64,000 nucleotides of DNA from Pelomyxa schiedti (taxonomy: Eukaryota; Protista; Evosea). The position numbers were made by a program, and so were the translations under genes. Shown one piece after another: positions 26,201 to 37,804 of this stretch; position 1 is the first letter of the stretch, and every line of letters starts with the position of its first letter. Location of the stretch: contig JAHLWZ010000091.1 in assembly GCA_020536535.1 (NCBI GenBank), forward strand, positions 1-64,000. The letters run 5' to 3'. The notes beneath the pieces are model-generated. The model ran no database searches. It had not been told where the DNA came from and was given only the letters and a program-made list of their open reading frames with translations.

Positions 26201-26751
26201 TGGTGTCGATGATGGCATACTCTCTGACAATATGTACTGGCTCTCTACGCAAGCTGGTAGGATTGAATACTACAAAAGCACTATTCAACCATTCAATAGA
26301 TGTTCTTTCTTGGAAGGAGAGTAACTATTACCGCACTCCTTGTTCCCAATATGCCGATTTTACGGCACTCAGGACACTTCCTCAAATTGACCTGACAGTA
26401 ACTTGCACACAAACAAAGGCCAACGTAAACTAACTCAACTCAGGTAACTTCATCAACTTCAATTAATGGAGACACTGCCAGTACCTCGGTCAAAATAACA
26501 AACCCATCCCCCTCTGTACTTCTCATCCCAGTTGATATCCAGAGTAACCGGGAATGTAGGTTGCCTTCTTTGTCCGAGTAAGGCTACAATGCCAGTCTGT
26601 GGATATTGTTCCTTCTTTCTGGACTGATAATTATGTTACTATCATGCCCACAGAGTCAGCAGTTCTTGTAGGCACATACAAAACATCACAAATACAGAGC
26701 TGTGGTACCCCCTCAGTTCTTGTTGAGAGCTTCAACAACAACGCAAGATAA
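23237..26751 (+). CDS. Secreted GH2 exo-beta-D-glucosaminidase (CsxA-like), many introns
   Basis: Signal peptide; NGKPILLRGGGFTPDLF; MNTIRLEGK; MPGWCCCDAWQ; HPSVFVFLYGSD; KMSGPYSWVPPNYW; IQWMQNNPW. Confidence 0.92.
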
Positions 26752-27058
26752 GAAAAACAAGAGAACTATGTTACATTTTAAAAATCACCAAAATTCTTGA
26801 AGAACCGGGGATTGGGATGTGGTTCAAGAAACAAAAAAATGGAAAATGATCGTGTGCGAAGTGGGGAACTGCTTCAGATGCTGATCGATTGATTGTTGGA
26901 TAGGTTGGGACAGAGAGAACATGTGAGGGAGATTTATCTCTGTCCCCCCCTGCCTCACACATTAGAGCACATTTCCAGAAAAAACGAACTCCGGTTACGC
27001 TAATCAGGCCAAATTTTACCGGCCCCGACAACTTGTGGGATGTTAAATCCCACAAAAA

Positions 27059-29462
27059 TCATCGTGGGTCGAGGGATTGTTGGAGGGAGTCGATTCGTAG
27101 GTGGGTGTATTCTGTGATACTGATGATGTAGCCGAAGTTCTCTATCAGTGACACTTCAAAATCATCGGTGGAGAATCCCATGCATGCCTGGTGCATTTGG
27201 TCTGCCACCACAACAAGAGACCCAAGGTCTTTGAGAGTCTCAATACGGCTCATTAGTTTTCCGGTGGGCTTAGGGAGGTGTAAGGGAACGGTAGGGAGAG
27301 AAAAAAAGAGGTAGGTACCCACCATAAAGTAAGTATCCAAGAGATCATAAAATAAAGATGTATATTTGTCTCTCCATTTTGAGACTGAAAGAACACGTTT
27401 CGCAAGAACATTATCAGTAAACTTGTAAGGGTCGACCTGACTAAGATCCTAGACCGGTTTATTCCTTAAAAAAAAAAAAAAAAGAAGAAGAAGAAGATAT
27501 ACCACAATAGGAAGGCCCATACTCATCGGAAAACCCCAGGAAAGGTCCAAGTCGTGACGCCAATATACAAATTGGCCATCGTCATTGAGGTAGAGGAATA
27601 TATTATTGCCTTGATTGGCAATCCCATCCCAGTTGGATGTCGCGACTTCCATAACGTACCTGGAAGCATCCCGTTAAAAAGTACTAGAAATGTTCAGTGA
27701 ATACGCTTGAAGGAAAGCATTGACATCTAGTACCTGCGAAGTATATCAACTTACAATCAAATAACAAAAGTCATACTTTGGAGAGCTCGGATTCAAGCTT
27801 ATCATCAGGAGTTAAGTTGAGAACACTGATCAAATTTGCTAGTGCAGAATAATCGTTGGCTTGATCTGTCTGAGGGTCGTAGCAAGGATTTGGGTCACAC
27901 CAGAGGTTCTGATATATTGTTGGATCTACTTAACATCAATGGCATACTTAACGGCATGATAAATAACCTGACCCCAGGTAGGAAAAATTGGCACCCCAAT
28001 GTGTCTTATACACTGGCGTTTCATCACTACCCAGGCGGGATTTGAAAAATTGGTTATCCATATCCTTGTGTCAAGTTACAGCATGTGTTCCAAGATTTGG
28101 AGTAACAAACCTCGTACATGACATAGAGGCCCCAGCTTATGTCATTTATCCAAAGTTCGGCCCAACTACTGCGATAGACCTAAGAAAAACCATTAGGAAA
28201 AGTATATGGTTTATAAAGCATACAGGGCTATTCATGCTGTAAGAAATAGCTGCTGATGCCATTTCTCTAATGTAAGAAGGATCGAGAGCAGCTTTTTTCA
28301 TTTGAGTAAATTCCAATAAGCTTGAACACGTAATCACCTGATTTGAATAAAAGGTGCTTTAACTGGTACCATCGCCTGTCAGGACTGAACTCCGTGAAGC
28401 TCAGCTTGAAACATTTCTTGGGGAAAAGCTTCATCAAAGATCTGTTCTTGGCAGAGGAGCTTAGTGGATTTCTTTTCAATTTTGGCACCTACCCTCCGAG
28501 TCGAATTCCAACATCAGTTAATGTGTCTTGAACAAGGCCATTATAAAACCACATGTCGGATTGCATGTACATGTCACTCTTGGAGTTTGCTGGGTCCAAT
28601 AATGCCCTCAAATCGTTGTCATTCATACTAATTCTAACCTGGGCAATAACTAATTTGATCAATTTGAGCATTTTTATCACATCTTGTACCTGATTCATTG
28701 AAAACAGGATGTTGGAGTCCATAGTCATCCCAATTGTCAAATCTATCTCCTGAAATAGTTTCAGATATCTCTGCCACAGTGACAACATCGGATGCACAAA
28801 ACTGTGAAGAATAAGAATCTATACGAGAATCTTCCGTCTTTTTACCTGTCCAGTGTACTCACTGCCGCAAACGCATGTATCCTGGCCCATCACTGTGGAA
28901 CATTTTCCTCTTCCCGAACAATAAGCACCAGTGCTGCAAGAGACAGCCGAACAAGAAGGTCCTTTCCAGCCAGGCTAAAAAAAACCAATGTAAAACAAAG
29001 TTGCCAAAGGGCATAAACACCAACCTGGCACGCACACCTCCATTGATCATTATATTCCGGACGTTGCTCACATTTGCCCCTACCACTGCAGGAATTAGGG
29101 CATCCACAAGGTCCCACAGACCAAGTTCCCAATCGATCAACTTTGTACTTGCAGCTAGCAATGGGAAGAACGCCAATGGGACTTGTTGAGTATGTACACA
29201 TGTTGTCAGCAATGGTGACATTGTTCAGCATACACAGTTGTCCCACAACCCCTGATGCCAGGAAAAAAAAAACAAAGGGGGGAAAACAGCACATAAGGGA
29301 AACGCGAAACGGCAACATTTTCTTATGTACAAGAGAGGGCGAAACGTAAGTACCATACGGAGGCGGTATCGAACACAAAGGGTCCGTGCAAGTTTCGGCC
29401 CCATACGACCAAACACTGCACACCACACACAATAGTAAGATCACTACCACCGTGCACCTCAT
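27059..29462 (-). CDS. Secreted CotH-family kinase with two N-terminal EGF-like repeats
   Basis: Signal peptide; CPNSCSGRGKC..CAC..GWKGPSC and CSGRGKC..CVCGSEYTG; DVGIRLGG, KKCFKLSF, DPSYIRE, NWDGIANQGNNIFLY, HDLDLSWG. Confidence 0.88.
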
Positions 29463-29858
29463 CTCATCGGATTAAAGTACTTTTGTAGAACAAACGAGGA
29501 AGATCTGGTATACAAAGCCCCATACTTCCGGTCTGTTGATGATTATTTGCCTCTTCACCGCCGCCTATTTTTGTTCCCACAGAACCTTATGACGTGGGCC
29601 TTCGATAGTACCCTTCCTCCGCTCACAATCGCCAGGACCGACGGTATGGAGTTTTTTTTATGCTCCATAACAACCCGAATGAAAAAGTACAAAGACAACC
29701 GTTGTGCTTGTCTTCCAACTGGCACAGTTGGTGCATTTCGTTTGGTTTTGGTGGGTCTTTTGTACAGAAACAGATTCTTGGTATTGGAAAAGTGCAACCG
29801 AGAGGGTGGGTCTCCCTCGGCGACTCTTGTTTTGTGGCTGTCTATGGGTGGTGGTAAT

Positions 29859-32800
29859 TTACAGTGTTTGAAAGTCGGCTTCCAGGTCGTCGTCAATTAG
29901 AAGAACTGCGAATTGTTCGTCAGTATTTCCGCCGGTTCCAGCCTGTGAAAGGCACGAAGCAGTTTCCGTTCGGGAATCGGCTAGAACGTGGTTCCCCTGT
30001 GCATTTGTAGTTGTGGTTGTTGTGGTGCTTGTTGCTGCTGATGTCGCAGATGCCAAGGAAGTGGCTAGAAGTGTCCTTGGTGATGGTGACTTGGAGGTGG
30101 AAGAGCGGCGACGGTCCACAAGGGACAATGTTGTAGCCGGAGATAGAAGAGAGTTACCGTGTGAGGTTAGTGGTAGATGTTGACGCGGGATTGTTGTACT
30201 TGTACTTCGTGATATTGGTGGTGTTGGGTGGTGGGATGGTTGGGTTTGGGTGGACGAGGATTGCTTGCTGGGTGATTTCTGGGAAGACTGTGTTATTTTG
30301 CGGGATGCTGTGGAGGAAGTACTGGGACTTGTTTTGTGGGGGGATAATGACGTTCTGGTTTTGCTTGGGGGTGGTACTGATTTGCGGCTGGGTGAAAGAG
30401 TTTTACTGCGTGGAGGCACTTGCTTGTGGGAATGCTGTGGAATTTGTGGGGACACGGAGAGGGGCTTGTGGGAAAGTGGTGGGGAGTTGTTACTACTAAG
30501 TTTCGTCTCGGCTTCAATTTGCGTGGCCTCAATTGGAGGTTGGCTGGTCGTTGGAGTAAAATGAGTGAATTGAGGTACAAATGGGAAGATTATACTTCAG
30601 TATCTCTGATTTGAGCATTTGTTCTCTAAATAAGGCTTCATTTAGTTCTGCTAATTGGTTCGTCAATTCTTCTTTGTTCTGATTGAAGAAGACAATAAAG
30701 AGAGGAACTTTGCTTCTCACACAAAACTCACACTTATAAAAACCAACCCCTCACAATAACCCACCTGTTTCCAACCTGTAATTCCTGTTGTAAAGCCAGT
30801 TGCAATTCTGTTATTTGACTATCATACTGGTCTTGAATCGTCTGAAATTCCTGTGCCGGGTGAGCTTTTGGAAAACTATCCATAGAAATAGAGTACAGAT
30901 TCTTGTTGTTGAAGTACTTGCTGCTGCTCAGACAGTTGTGTGTCAACCTCTTGCAAGTGCAAGGTTAGCCGTTTCAACTCAGTTTCTGCGAAGGCTTTGA
31001 CTTCGTCTATCTGGGTAAAGTTAGACGAGACACACAAAGCCAGTTTATAGTAGTGAACCAAACCTGGGCCTCTGTGTCCTCTATCTCACTTTCAGCATTG
31101 GAGCAAGCACGAGTTTGCTTAAAAAGATCAGCTTGCACAATTGGAATTTTTTGCTGTTCGCGGCGTAGCCTAATGATCTCTTGTTTTAAAGGAGCTGTCG
31201 CTTTGTGCTATGTGTTATTTAAATAAAGGAGAAACTTAACTGAAGAGGCTTACTTGCTTTGCACTCAAATTGCCAGAGCAAATTTCTTTGAGCTGCTTTA
31301 TTGTTGTGTGGCTTACTTGATTTTCAGTAATATGGATTGAGGTTAAGCACTTGTTCAACTTCAAACTCTCAAGCATCTTGCAGCCGGCATCTTGGTGTTC
31401 TTAGTTCTGGATATGTGAGTTTATTGTCACGAATACCTTCCGTGATGAAATTATTAGAAATTCTCAAAGAGGTCAGAGAAGTGTTCTCTTCTAAGGCTTT
31501 TGCAATAGCAATTCCTGTTACAGAATGAGACCGTCGGGTGAGGAACCGGCCATACCTCCAGAAGGTCCAATTTTAGAAGAACCAATTTCCAAACAAGTCA
31601 GAGATTTGCCACTAGAATGGTAGGAGTACAATAAAAATGATCATTTTAAGTAATTAATTAAATACTTTTTAAGGGTAGAAGCAAGCTGTAGAGCAGCTTT
31701 GTCCTTAATGCAAGTGCCATTCAGGATTAGTGTTACCATCGCCTGTTTGTGGGGTGAGGTCTCTTGTAGTTTTGATTATTGGAACACACTGTATGACTCC
31801 TCAATGAAGTTACTATGTCCATCCCACCCTCAGCTCCGATGTTGTTGTTGGCAAGATTGAGATGTGTGATAGTCTAATAATACTTATTAGAAACGGTCAA
31901 GAGAACTGGCCAACATTATTTACAATCAGTGCCGCTGCTATTGAAGCAGCACCCCAATCGCCCAAGCCATTGCTTTCCAGATTTAACGTTGATAAAGCTG
32001 TATTCTGCTTCAGCCCATCTGAAAGGGAACACGCACCCCTGTTGGCAGTTAACATTGGATAAGGCATCAAATCATGGGTACGTTGGTCCAAGAGTGTTGC
32101 GAGCGAGATTCAATGTTGTGAGATTTCTATTGGCTTGAAGAGTGTTTCCTAATGCAATTCCTGCGTCTGGACCAATCTCATTATCACTCAAATCTAAAAA
32201 CGAAAGAGCAGTGTTGTGTTGAAGGGCCTGAAAATTATTAGCCTAAACGAAAACTAGAGCAGCAGACACCTGTATAATTAATATGCTACCAGCAGTTCTT
32301 AGACAGTTGGCAGATAGAAAGCAGGACTGAAGTGTGTGATTTCGTGAAAGGAGAGCTGAAAGATATTCCGATCCCTTTTATTCCCTCATCAGTGACCAAT
32401 TCAGTATATGGGATACTCACTTCCACTCCAGTTTTCCCGATACTAATATTTGTCAGACCCAATAGTAGAAGATGGGCGTTTGATTCCAGAGCCTTTGTAG
32501 GGAAGCAATGAGTTAACCAAGAGGGAAAATACTAGGAAAAACTCACAGAAGAAATGTTAGAGATAGCGTTGGCATTCAGGTTATTTATACAGGAGGTGGA
32601 GTCAGATGGTGCTGATCCCAGCTCCAAGTGTGTGAGTGTTGTGTTGCTTCGAAGGCATTGTGCAAGACTTGCTGCACCAGCTTCCCCAAAGTTGTTTGAT
32701 GAAATGTTGAGGTGTGTGACCTTTTTTTTTTTTTCCCCAAAGTGAGAAACATCAAAGAAAGGTTGGCATTGTATCCTTACAGAGCACATTGGGTGAGAAA

Positions 32801-33204
32801 AATACTCCATCAATAGGGCAATACCTTCATCACCCAACACTTTCATACGAATTTACTCTCAGTGAGACAAGAATGAAGAAAGAGGAAGGGTAACGCACTG
32901 TTGTCTTGCACCAAAAGACTAGTAGGTGCGTAGGCTCGAATTACAGCAATGGCGGGCGGAATGCCACTTCTGCCAATTTGCATCCCTGAAATATTTACAA
33001 CTCCGCCATGCGCACATCTGCTCTTCATAATTTCGAAAAAGCCACGTTCGTCCAGCGTGACTTCGCCTCTTCCTCCCTTTAAAAAAAAAAGGGTGCCAAA
33101 CAAAATGTGTTATCCAAAGCGCAAAAACAAGCGGGACTCACAGGGCGTCGATATAACGCATTGAACAGATCTCGACACGCCGTAGACTGTTCCGCCTCGT
33201 CCAT
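29859..33204 (-). CDS. RNI-like leucine-rich repeat protein with a coiled coil and Ser/Pro/Thr-rich tail
   Basis: Repeats such as LNISSNNFGEAGAASLAQCLRSNTTLTHLEL and LNLESNGLGDWGAASIAAAL; Gln/Glu-rich heptads at about 30600-31200. Confidence 0.85.
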
Positions 33205-33609
33205 ACGCCGGTGTTTGTTTTGTTTTTTGTTTACTTGTCGGAAAATCAAGATTTTAGCGTAACAAGTACTTTCTTGGATATTTCCTCCCATATCGGGGCT
33301 GAAGAACTGCAAGATCCTGTCATCAGGCAATGACCCTTGCCGCTCTAGTCTAAGAAAAATCAGATGACTTCTTAGGGTGAATCACAAATGTTTCTCATGC
33401 ACATAAGCGGTTGTCCTCATTTTTCGTCCTTGTCGCGGGTCCGTTGAAACGCACTTGTTGCGTTTCTTTCTGCCTCTCAATTATGGGCAGAAGAGGGCGC
33501 GTGTGTGGTGCTTCCTTTGACATCCGCCATCAACTTTTCCCTATGGAGTCGTTATTAGTCTATTAATATTTCCTTGATTAGAGTTAACAAGGACACTGTA
33601 CCTTTCAAC

Positions 33610-36069
33610 TTAGAACCAGTGAACAGGGGACAGGAACGTGAGGATGTGGTTGATGGCGTATCGTGAGATACGGCCAATTGGGTGGAATTGCTGTGGTTGT
33701 TGTTGCTTCCAAACCCAGGATATCACCTTTGTGAGGAATGATGGTGTTGGTTGTGGTTCTGTGGTGTTGCTGGTGGACTCGGCCAGCTTCTTGTTGTGCA
33801 GCCAACACAGAATCACTGTCTTTAGGATGTGGACTTTGAACCACCACGGGAAGAGGTAGTGCCTCTGTACATCCCATGTCGCAGGCCTGAACAAGTGGCA
33901 GAAGCTGGGGTGGCTGGCATCAGCCATATTGGTATTATGAATGCGGAGTTGCTTCACTGATTGTGGTATGACAAAGCCGTGGCACCACAGCAAGTTGGCT
34001 AAACCGCGCATTCCATCGTCTAGGGCTATGACAGAAACCGTATGTGGAAGGCGGCCAGTGTCACAAAAGGGTAAAAGCATCCTACACAACATGAAATTAT
34101 CGTGGTTGACTGCCCATTCCATCAGTGTGAGTCCTCGCCCAGCCCTGTCTGGAATTTTAAATTCTGACTGTTCCACACCACTGAGTGCCAGAATAGCTGC
34201 AACTCCATCGTTGTCCCCGGCAGTAAGAAGCTGGCTCAACACTGTATGTAAGTGCTGCATTTGTGAAGGTGCAAGGGGTGTTGTTGTGTTGATAGAGGGG
34301 CCAATTGAGGGTGGTAGCCACTTTGGGTTTCCTCCTGCCCGTGGCTGTAATTCAAGCTCCAGAACAATCTTCATCAGTGGCATCAACTTTTCCTCATCAT
34401 TTGCAGTGATACCTTGTGCAAACACACTTTGACTGAACTCTTCTATGTCACTCCACCATTTCTTGACTACCATAGAAACTAAACCAACATCCAGAGGCAT
34501 GCCCAAGAGAAATGACCTTATGAGCCCTACCTTCAATTCAACAGAGGAAATCACCTGAACCAGGGTTCTCTCGGGAGTGATTGAGGAGATAGATGCAACT
34601 AATCCAATCAACAGACGAATCATGCCTGTCTCTAGTGTTCTCTTGGTGATGCAGATGGTATATGCCACAGGCACCACTCTCTCACAAAAGCCATATTTGT
34701 TGTATTCCTCTGGGTCCTCATCCATAGGAGTGAACTGATAAGTCTTCCTTGTCAATCCCACCTCATATGTGAAACAGGGCGTGCTGTTAAGCTGTTTGAT
34801 GTAGGTTTTTGCAGCACGTGAATTGTCTTCGACGAGTGTCACAAACTCTGGAAATTCTTTCACTGCAAGTGGACAAATGCGCAGCATAGAGATAATAGGA
34901 CCACTATGTCCCTGTGCATGCTGAGCCAAAGCAACTTGGAACAGCTCCCTGACTGAACTGAGACTCAAATTTGCAAACACCTGTTTTACTGAGAACAGAC
35001 TGTCCGAAATAAGGGGGTTGCCATCCATGGCAGTTTTCAGTGCCCTGACAATTAGCTGTTGGTTGACAGTTCCTCCTGATACAACCACAGGAAGAAGCAA
35101 CAAAGCAGCAAGTGGTTGTGTTTCCAGTTCATTGTCCACAAATTTTAGAATTGCATCATGTGCCTTTGCCTTTTCCACAGAGCACATAATGCTGAGAGTG
35201 CTAAGAAACTTTGAGAGATCTTCCTTGTGCATTTCAATGATGGACCACTGGTCCAGGAGGGTACCAATCAGGTCCACTGTAACTTGCTTCTCCTGAATGA
35301 AATCAACCACTTGTCTGCCCGATTTCGCTGGTATCCAGTCCCAGTTGTCGAACCACCGAATTTTTCTCATCAGGACCTTGGGATTGCTGACCACCACGAG
35401 GTTTGACACGAAGCTTTCGCAGACGTCCAGGCACCATTCCGGGAGCACAGTGGCCATGTGCACAACAGAAGTCAGCAACCCCTCGGACGGGAACTTCCTG
35501 TACATGTCCAATCCGAGGAGCCTGTCGACAGCTTTCACGTGCGGGACCAGCAAGGAGCCGCAGGCCTCCATGCATATCTTGATGGCGCCGATTGCCCGTC
35601 TTTGCACGTCGTCGCGGCCCTCGTCGCCGCAGGCGATGCTGAGCAATTTTGGGACGAACGGCTCCAGCTTGGAGGCGACGTCGAACCACGAGGACCGGCA
35701 CGCGTCGGCCAGAACGACGCCGCATTCGACGGCCACGCAGTTGCACACCCGCCTTTGGCATCTGAGGCAGTTTTCGCTGCAGCCGCCGTCGGCCTCGTGG
35801 TTGGCCTCTTCTTCCGTCGCGGGCGAGACGATCACGAGCTGCGGGCGGGCGCTCACGAGGAGGGACCATTGGTCTGGGAATGAGTACCCGAGGCCGCGGA
35901 GGGAGGTCTCGAAATCGGCGAGCCGCCCTGAGATGGCCTCTTCGTCGGCCCTGTCCCAGTCACCATCTGTGCGGAGATACAGCTCCAACTCCTCGTTGCT
36001 GACTGGAGACTTCATGAGCTTCTCGATCAGCTTTTCAACAGGTGCTGGCAATTCCCCACATGCCGACAT
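33610..36069 (-). CDS. Intronless protein of about 820 aa: helical-repeat region, ankyrin-like segment, C-terminal F-box-like motif
   Basis: Uninterrupted 825-codon ORF; GRGLTLMEWAVNHDNFMLCRMLL; WDVQRHYLFPWWF; IGRISRYAINHILTFL. Confidence 0.8.
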   Translation of the reverse strand: MSACGELPAPVEKLIEKLMKSPVSNEELELYLRTDGDWDRADEEAISGRLADFETSLRGLGYSFPDQWSLLVSARPQLVIVSPATEEEANHEADGGCSENCLRCQRRVCNCVAVECGVVLADACRSSWFDVASKLEPFVPKLLSIACGDEGRDDVQRRAIGAIKICMEACGSLLVPHVKAVDRLLGLDMYRKFPSEGLLTSVVHMATVLPEWCLDVCESFVSNLVVVSNPKVLMRKIRWFDNWDWIPAKSGRQVVDFIQEKQVTVDLIGTLLDQWSIIEMHKEDLSKFLSTLSIMCSVEKAKAHDAILKFVDNELETQPLAALLLLPVVVSGGTVNQQLIVRALKTAMDGNPLISDSLFSVKQVFANLSLSSVRELFQVALAQHAQGHSGPIISMLRICPLAVKEFPEFVTLVEDNSRAAKTYIKQLNSTPCFTYEVGLTRKTYQFTPMDEDPEEYNKYGFCERVVPVAYTICITKRTLETGMIRLLIGLVASISSITPERTLVQVISSVELKVGLIRSFLLGMPLDVGLVSMVVKKWWSDIEEFSQSVFAQGITANDEEKLMPLMKIVLELELQPRAGGNPKWLPPSIGPSINTTTPLAPSQMQHLHTVLSQLLTAGDNDGVAAILALSGVEQSEFKIPDRAGRGLTLMEWAVNHDNFMLCRMLLPFCDTGRLPHTVSVIALDDGMRGLANLLWCHGFVIPQSVKQLRIHNTNMADASHPSFCHLFRPATWDVQRHYLFPWWFKVHILKTVILCWLHNKKLAESTSNTTEPQPTPSFLTKVISWVWKQQQPQQFHPIGRISRYAINHILTFLSPVHWF

Positions 36070-36336
36070 GCTCGTATCTGATACCACTTTCTTGAAAGCA
36101 ATGAAATGGAGTAGAAGAACTCCTCAATCTTGTACACCGGGAATGGGAACCCTACCTCTGCTGTGTGTGCCAGTTCCGAGCCGAGTGGAACACTAGTTCA
36201 GGGTCTCAGTCGATCTCAATCACAATCTTTTGAAACCGAGAAACTGACGGTGGCGCACAACCGGCTGTCCCACAATACCAAAGCACTACGTCACACCGCA
36301 ACAGAGTGCACCTCAACACATTCAATACCTTAACAA

Positions 36337-37494
36337 ATGGGCAATTACAACAGTCGCGAGGGCGCCGTCGAGCCGGCACCGAAACGACCGAGGACACAAC
36401 CAAATCGAAACCATAATCAAGATCAGCAGAGGCAGCAGCGCGAACAACAGCAACTTGTGGCGCCTGGTTCCGAGAATGCTAATAGGCCTGCCAACGTCGA
36501 AGAGGTTTGCTGTTGTGCTGGAGACTGACGGTACCGGTCACACTATTCACTGACATTCATTGTTTGTTTGGGGCACTGGGCCCATCACAGAGTACGACTG
36601 CTGTGGACGAAATCAGAACCAAAATAGAGGCCGCGGTGAACGTCGCAATTGCGGAGGTCCAGGCCGAGGTGCTTTCCAAATTAGGGGAAGACTCAAAAGA
36701 ACCGCTGAGAGTGTGTTTTCGAGTTTCTGGCATTGGCTGATTTACTTGGCAGGTCAATTACTCAATGGACCGGCTGAAAAGTGTAGTGCGCAGTTCTATT
36801 ACAATATTTCGAGGTGTGTGCAGTAGTTACTTTCATGAAAAAAATTAGGTTGCTCATACCAAAAAGGTACACACATTCTGGACTTGCCCGATCTGGTTTT
36901 ATGGCAGATTGTTGGCTATTTGCCACCCGAGTCCGTTTTTGCCATTCGCCGAGTATGTTTCCGATTTTGGGATGCTGTTCGCACAGGTGAGCAACTCTCG
37001 CATTACAACAACTCAAACATTATTAACAACTGGTTTTTTTAGTGCATGGCTGTGAACGTGTGAACTTCACTACGCATGTGAGTAAGAAAAAAAGCCAAAA
37101 GAGGGCTGCGTGGACAGTAACGGGAGATGAGATTGTCACACCATGCATGGATTTCCACCTGGACGTGAGAGTGAAGACAGGAAATACAGTGGGAGTTTAC
37201 TTCTGGCCAAAAAAGAAACTGTATGCCCAGGCCAAAAGCATAGATATTGAGATCAAATGCGACAACCGCAAAGAGACTCTTAAACAGCGCATTTGCATTG
37301 AGACACATCAACTGTCAAGTCATTCCTGTGGCTGGGGCGTCACTTTCGCCACGAATCCCGGGCCAGTCAATGTAGTCCTCATTGATGTCACCTTCAATGA
37401 TTCCTATGACCACCGCAATGGACCAACACACAGGCTACACGTGGAGCCAAGTTCATGGTACCAACAAGCACCATACAAACGCAAGCACATGTGA
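36337..37494 (+). CDS. Hypothetical protein with an N-myristoylation motif and a beta-rich (possibly MATH-like) C-terminal domain
   Basis: MGNYNS, PAPKRPR, GT-AG introns; last exon VGVYFWPKK...CGWGVTF. Confidence 0.55.
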
Positions 37495-37804
37495 CCCAAC
37501 ACAAACTATGTGGGGTGGGTTTTTGGGAAACCAAACCCACTGTGTTTTCCGAATCTAGGGTCTGTGACTTTAAAAGGAAGGAACGGGAAAGTACCGTTCA
37601 CTCACCGAAAGAAAACGCAAAGGAAAAACAAAAACGGCGACAACAAGCGGCGGGTGCGACACCAACCTCGTCGGCGCGGCCGCGGCATCGGCCTCGGTCT
37701 CGGTCCCGGCGCCGTCGGCGGCCCCGGGCGGCGGCGGCAGCAGCAGCGGAAACGGCGGCGGGGGCGGCGGCGGCGGCGCGGCGACGATCGGATCTCCGTC
37801 GCTG

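Noticed and set aside
5530-29462. Bacterial contamination or a recent prokaryotic island
   Set aside because: The prokaryote-like genes contain spliceosomal introns and are interleaved with eukaryotic genes
35297-36196. Long antisense and alternative-frame ORFs here and at 7600-8260, 37500-38400 and 43235-44116
   Set aside because: These are shadows of GC-rich or low-complexity coding exons with no independent motifs
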